Shown here: one piece after another, positions 16,536-19,350 of the stretch
Layout of the letters: the number at the start of each line of letters is the position of its first letter
How positions within the stretch are numbered: the stretch's first letter is position 1
NCBI GenBank assembly: GCA_031372065.1
Contig: JANMKN010000114.1
Location: 1-19,350 of the forward strand
From: Abditibacteriaceae bacterium
GTDB lineage: Bacteria; Armatimonadota; Abditibacteriia; Abditibacteriales; Abditibacteriaceae
Reading direction: 5' to 3'
Length of the DNA stretch: 19,350 nt
Position numbers and translations under genes: made by a program
The notes under the pieces: generated by a model
The model's input: only the letters and a program-made list of their open reading frames with translations
Told to the model about the DNA's origin: nothing
The model's database searches: none

Positions 16536-18013
16536 GGCAAAGCCATTTTCGAATCGCGCGGCGCCGCGCATAATTTATTGGCGAAAAAATCGCGTAGCGC
16601 GTGCGCCATTAAATCGTGACCGTGCGCGTTGATGTGGCCCGTCCACGGCAGCGTATTCATAAAACCAAACGGCGGCTGATGCGTTTTTTGATAGTCCTCG
16701 GCCACGCGCGCTCGCATGAGAATCAAAGGAATCTCAAGTTTCAGGCAACCTTTTGTCAATTCGCGTTCTTCCTGCGTGACGGGTTTCAGATTCGCTGCTG
16801 CCATATCGTAAGATGGCATATGCAAAATTACCAAGCGCGGATATTTTTCTTTTAATTGTTGCAGCGTCCAATTCATCGAACGCGCTACCATTTGCGGATT
16901 TTTCATGTTGGCATAAGCAGCGCGTTGCACTTCGTTGCCTTTAGCCGCCGCGCGTTCGGCAGAGCCTTCGCCGTTGGCATCATTACCTGTTCCGACTCCG
17001 TTCATCAGTTGCCAGCGACTGAAACTCCAATCGAACAACGCCAAATCCCGAATGTGCAATTTGCGCAAAATCTGATAGCCGCGCCCCCGACTTTTGCCCT
17101 GCCATTGCGTCACGATTTTAAAGCCCTCGTTTTGCGGCTCGTAGCGAATTTCGTGAATCGGGCTAAAAGTCAATTTCCAGCGCTCGTCTTCGATGAAAAT
17201 CACAGTCCAATCGGGCTGAAATAGTTTTTGTGGTTCTCGCACAATGCTTTGAGGAAAAGCATCCGCTAAGAGAAATCGGTTGAGGCGAATTAATGCCCCG
17301 CCCTGCGGATTTTGTGAAAGTAACTTTTTCGTTTCCTCGCTTAGAGCAACGTGTTCAAATCGCTCTTTTGTATAAATTGGCTCGAATTGAAGTATAAGAT
17401 TTAACTCACGGGCCACTAACTGCCGAATTGCCTTTGACTCAAAATTCGACTCTTGCCCCATTTCCAAGATTTTCTCTAACGAATAAGTAAAATTTTCTCT
17501 AATATATTTCGATAAAGGCTTGTCATCTTGCAATTTACTCAATAGGCCAGAAATATCTTTCAAGTCTTCAGCATTCAACAAAGCAACGCCATTTTTGTAT
17601 TCGTCCGCCAAAGCAACATGAAAAGCAGGCGTGGCACCGACACGCCCGCCATTGAGAACGCGCACGCGGCAATTTGCCGATGTATCCAGCAAAGTTTGCA
17701 AGCGCGCGGGCAACGTTTGGGGCAAATCCATCTGGCGCGCTTCGATGTTGGAATCGCCCAAAATCAAAATGCGCGTTTCATCTTTGGGCTTGTTTTGCAA
17801 TGCGCCTTCACGGAAACCGAATTCGTTATAGATAACATGGCCGCGCCCTTCGGTTGTGCTAAGGCCGCGCGCATTTTTCGGCAGCCAACCGAGGCCGGGC
17901 ACATCGTCCGACACAATCGGCACGGTGAAAAAAACGCGCAACACCATTTCCCAGATTAAAAGGCTGAGAAACAGCGCAGCGCCCACTTTGGTGACGTTTT
18001 TCAAAATTCTCAT
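16532..18013 (-). CDS. Membrane-anchored SGNH/GDSL-family protein (AlgJ/AlgX/PatB-like partner of the MBOAT) with a 122-aa internal insert
   Basis: ATG 18013 overlaps the MBOAT stop (TGATG). It has an N-terminal TM (EMVLR), NEFGFR, block I ILILGDS, block II VLNGGRVG, FQPDWTVIF and a C-terminal GHINAHGH. Confidence 0.82.
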   Translation of the reverse strand: MRILKNVTKVGAALFLSLLIWEMVLRVFFTVPIVSDDVPGLGWLPKNARGLSTTEGRGHVIYNEFGFREGALQNKPKDETRILILGDSNIEARQMDLPQTLPARLQTLLDTSANCRVRVLNGGRVGATPAFHVALADEYKNGVALLNAEDLKDISGLLSKLQDDKPLSKYIRENFTYSLEKILEMGQESNFESKAIRQLVARELNLILQFEPIYTKERFEHVALSEETKKLLSQNPQGGALIRLNRFLLADAFPQSIVREPQKLFQPDWTVIFIEDERWKLTFSPIHEIRYEPQNEGFKIVTQWQGKSRGRGYQILRKLHIRDLALFDWSFSRWQLMNGVGTGNDANGEGSAERAAAKGNEVQRAAYANMKNPQMVARSMNWTLQQLKEKYPRLVILHMPSYDMAAANLKPVTQEERELTKGCLKLEIPLILMRARVAEDYQKTHQPPFGFMNTLPWTGHINAHGHDLMAHALRDFFANKLCAAPRDSKMALP

Positions 18014-19350
18014 CAAAATTGAAAGTAAATAAACGGCGCCGAAACAGTGGCGGCCAAGAAGAAAATGCCGAAAATCCACACAAAAAGTGTTACCAAATGC
18101 GCGAATTTTTCAGGACGTAACACGAAAACTGTCTTGCGTTTTTCCAGCCATGCTCCAAAGGCGTGCGCGGCGATAACAACCGGCAGAATCACGAGCAGAG
18201 GCCCGAAAATCCATGTGAGTTCGCCGTTTTCGAGGCCACTCATGCGTCGCACCATCAGCCATGCATGATCGAATTGTTGCGAGCGAAAAAACACCCAACC
18301 ATAGCACACAAAAAGGTAAGTCAGCGCCCATGAAACCACTTTTATGGCCGCACTTTTTTGCAAGATGGCATAAGTTTTTTCATTCGTTACCTTTTTCAAA
18401 AAAGCGGTATACGCTTTGTGAATCGCCAAGCCCAAACCGTGCAAAATTCCCCAAATCACAAAGTTCCAACTGGCGCCGTGCCACAGGCCGCCGAGTGTCA
18501 TGGTGAGGAGCAAATTGCCGTAAGTGCGAAAGGTGCCTTTGCGATTGCCGCCCAGCGAAATATACAAATAATCGCGCAGCCAACTGGACAATGAAATGTG
18601 CCAGCGACGCCAAAAATCGGTGAGATTATTGGCTCCATACGGCATCCGAAAATTTACCGGCAAATCGAAGCCGAGAATTTTCGCAAGGCCCATCGCCATG
18701 TCGGAATAACCGGAAAAATCGCAGAAAATCTGTATCGAATAGGCAATAACCGCTTGCCAAATACTGAGCGCCGAGTAATTTTCAGGATTGCGAAAAACCG
18801 TGTCTACAAAAGGCGACATATGATCGGCGATGACTAATTTTTTGGTCATGCCAAACAAGAAAAGCTGCCCGCCTTGCACGAAATTGGGCCACGTTAAAAA
18901 GATGGCGCGTTCGATTTGCGGTAGAAAATCGGCGGGGCGAATAATCGGTCCGGCAATCATGCGTGGAAAGAAAAATATGAAAAGCGCAAAGTGCTTCCAG
19001 TTGGTGTAGGGCTGCAATTTGCCCCTATAAATATCAATGCAATAACTCATCGCCTCGAAGACGAAAAACGAAATGCCGATCGGCAAAATGATATGCGCGG
19101 TTGACAGATGAAATCCCATTGACCCACTGAGTGCATTTACGCTTTCGATGAAGAAGTTGAGGTATTTAAAAACGCATAAAATGCCGAGATTAACGAAGAT
19201 GTCGAGCGTTACCAATCGCTTACGCAAAGGTTCGGGCGCCGCGCCGATTTTCAAGCCCATCCAGAAATCGAAGATTGACGTAAAGCCAATTAGCGCCAAA
19301 AACCGCCAGTCGAAATAACCATAAAACGCCATGCCGCCGAGCAGCAGCCA
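18013..19350 (-). CDS. MBOAT-family O-acyltransferase (AlgI/PatA/DltB-like), 5'-truncated by the window edge
   Basis: LPIGISFFVF, FFPRMIAGPI, KKLVIAD, QIFCDFSGYSDMA, FWRRWHISLSSWLRDYLYISLGG, GGLWHGASWNF (catalytic His), C-terminus FIYFQF. The frame is open to base 19350. Confidence 0.95.
   Translation of the reverse strand, partial: WLLLGGMAFYGYFDWRFLALIGFTSIFDFWMGLKIGAAPEPLRKRLVTLDIFVNLGILCVFKYLNFFIESVNALSGSMGFHLSTAHIILPIGISFFVFEAMSYCIDIYRGKLQPYTNWKHFALFIFFFPRMIAGPIIRPADFLPQIERAIFLTWPNFVQGGQLFLFGMTKKLVIADHMSPFVDTVFRNPENYSALSIWQAVIAYSIQIFCDFSGYSDMAMGLAKILGFDLPVNFRMPYGANNLTDFWRRWHISLSSWLRDYLYISLGGNRKGTFRTYGNLLLTMTLGGLWHGASWNFVIWGILHGLGLAIHKAYTAFLKKVTNEKTYAILQKSAAIKVVSWALTYLFVCYGWVFFRSQQFDHAWLMVRRMSGLENGELTWIFGPLLVILPVVIAAHAFGAWLEKRKTVFVLRPEKFAHLVTLFVWIFGIFFLAATVSAPFIYFQF

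Noticed and set aside
17228..17593. The SGNH insert as an intein or intron
   Set aside because: There is no N-terminal Cys/Ser, no terminal His-Asn with a +1 nucleophile, no LAGLIDADG/HNH motif, and no group I/II intron hallmarks were seen.
6582..18837. Many 60-220 aa antisense or alternate-frame ORFs inside the long genes
   Set aside because: These are shadow ORFs expected at this GC content. They have no motifs or independent start signals and overlap well-supported CDSs.

Overview
A bacterial chromosomal window of roughly 50-55% GC. The lineage cannot be determined from sequence alone. From left to right it holds: (1) the 3' part of a large uncharacterised, possibly glycan-active protein; (2) an AT-richer accessory patch with two convergent tiny membrane-protein genes (one missed by the ORF track), GTAG-type REP/REPIN-like palindromes and a frameshifted IS701-like transposase fragment; (3) a divergent Spy/CpxP-like gene and cpxR/cpxA-like two-component pair, with a symmetric GTCAA/TTGAC operator array between them; (4) a stand-alone secreted 5'-nucleotidase C-terminal-domain protein and a 969-aa secreted multi-module protein; (5) the distal part of a minus-strand surface-polysaccharide cluster (MBOAT O-acyltransferase, SGNH protein, Wzx flippase, sulfotransferase, methyltransferase, GT4-methyltransferase fusion, AsnB-type amidotransferase). 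The most unusual signal is a 366-nt, low-GC, in-frame, non-intein 122-aa insert in the middle of the SGNH protein. No rRNA, tRNA or CRISPR array was seen.
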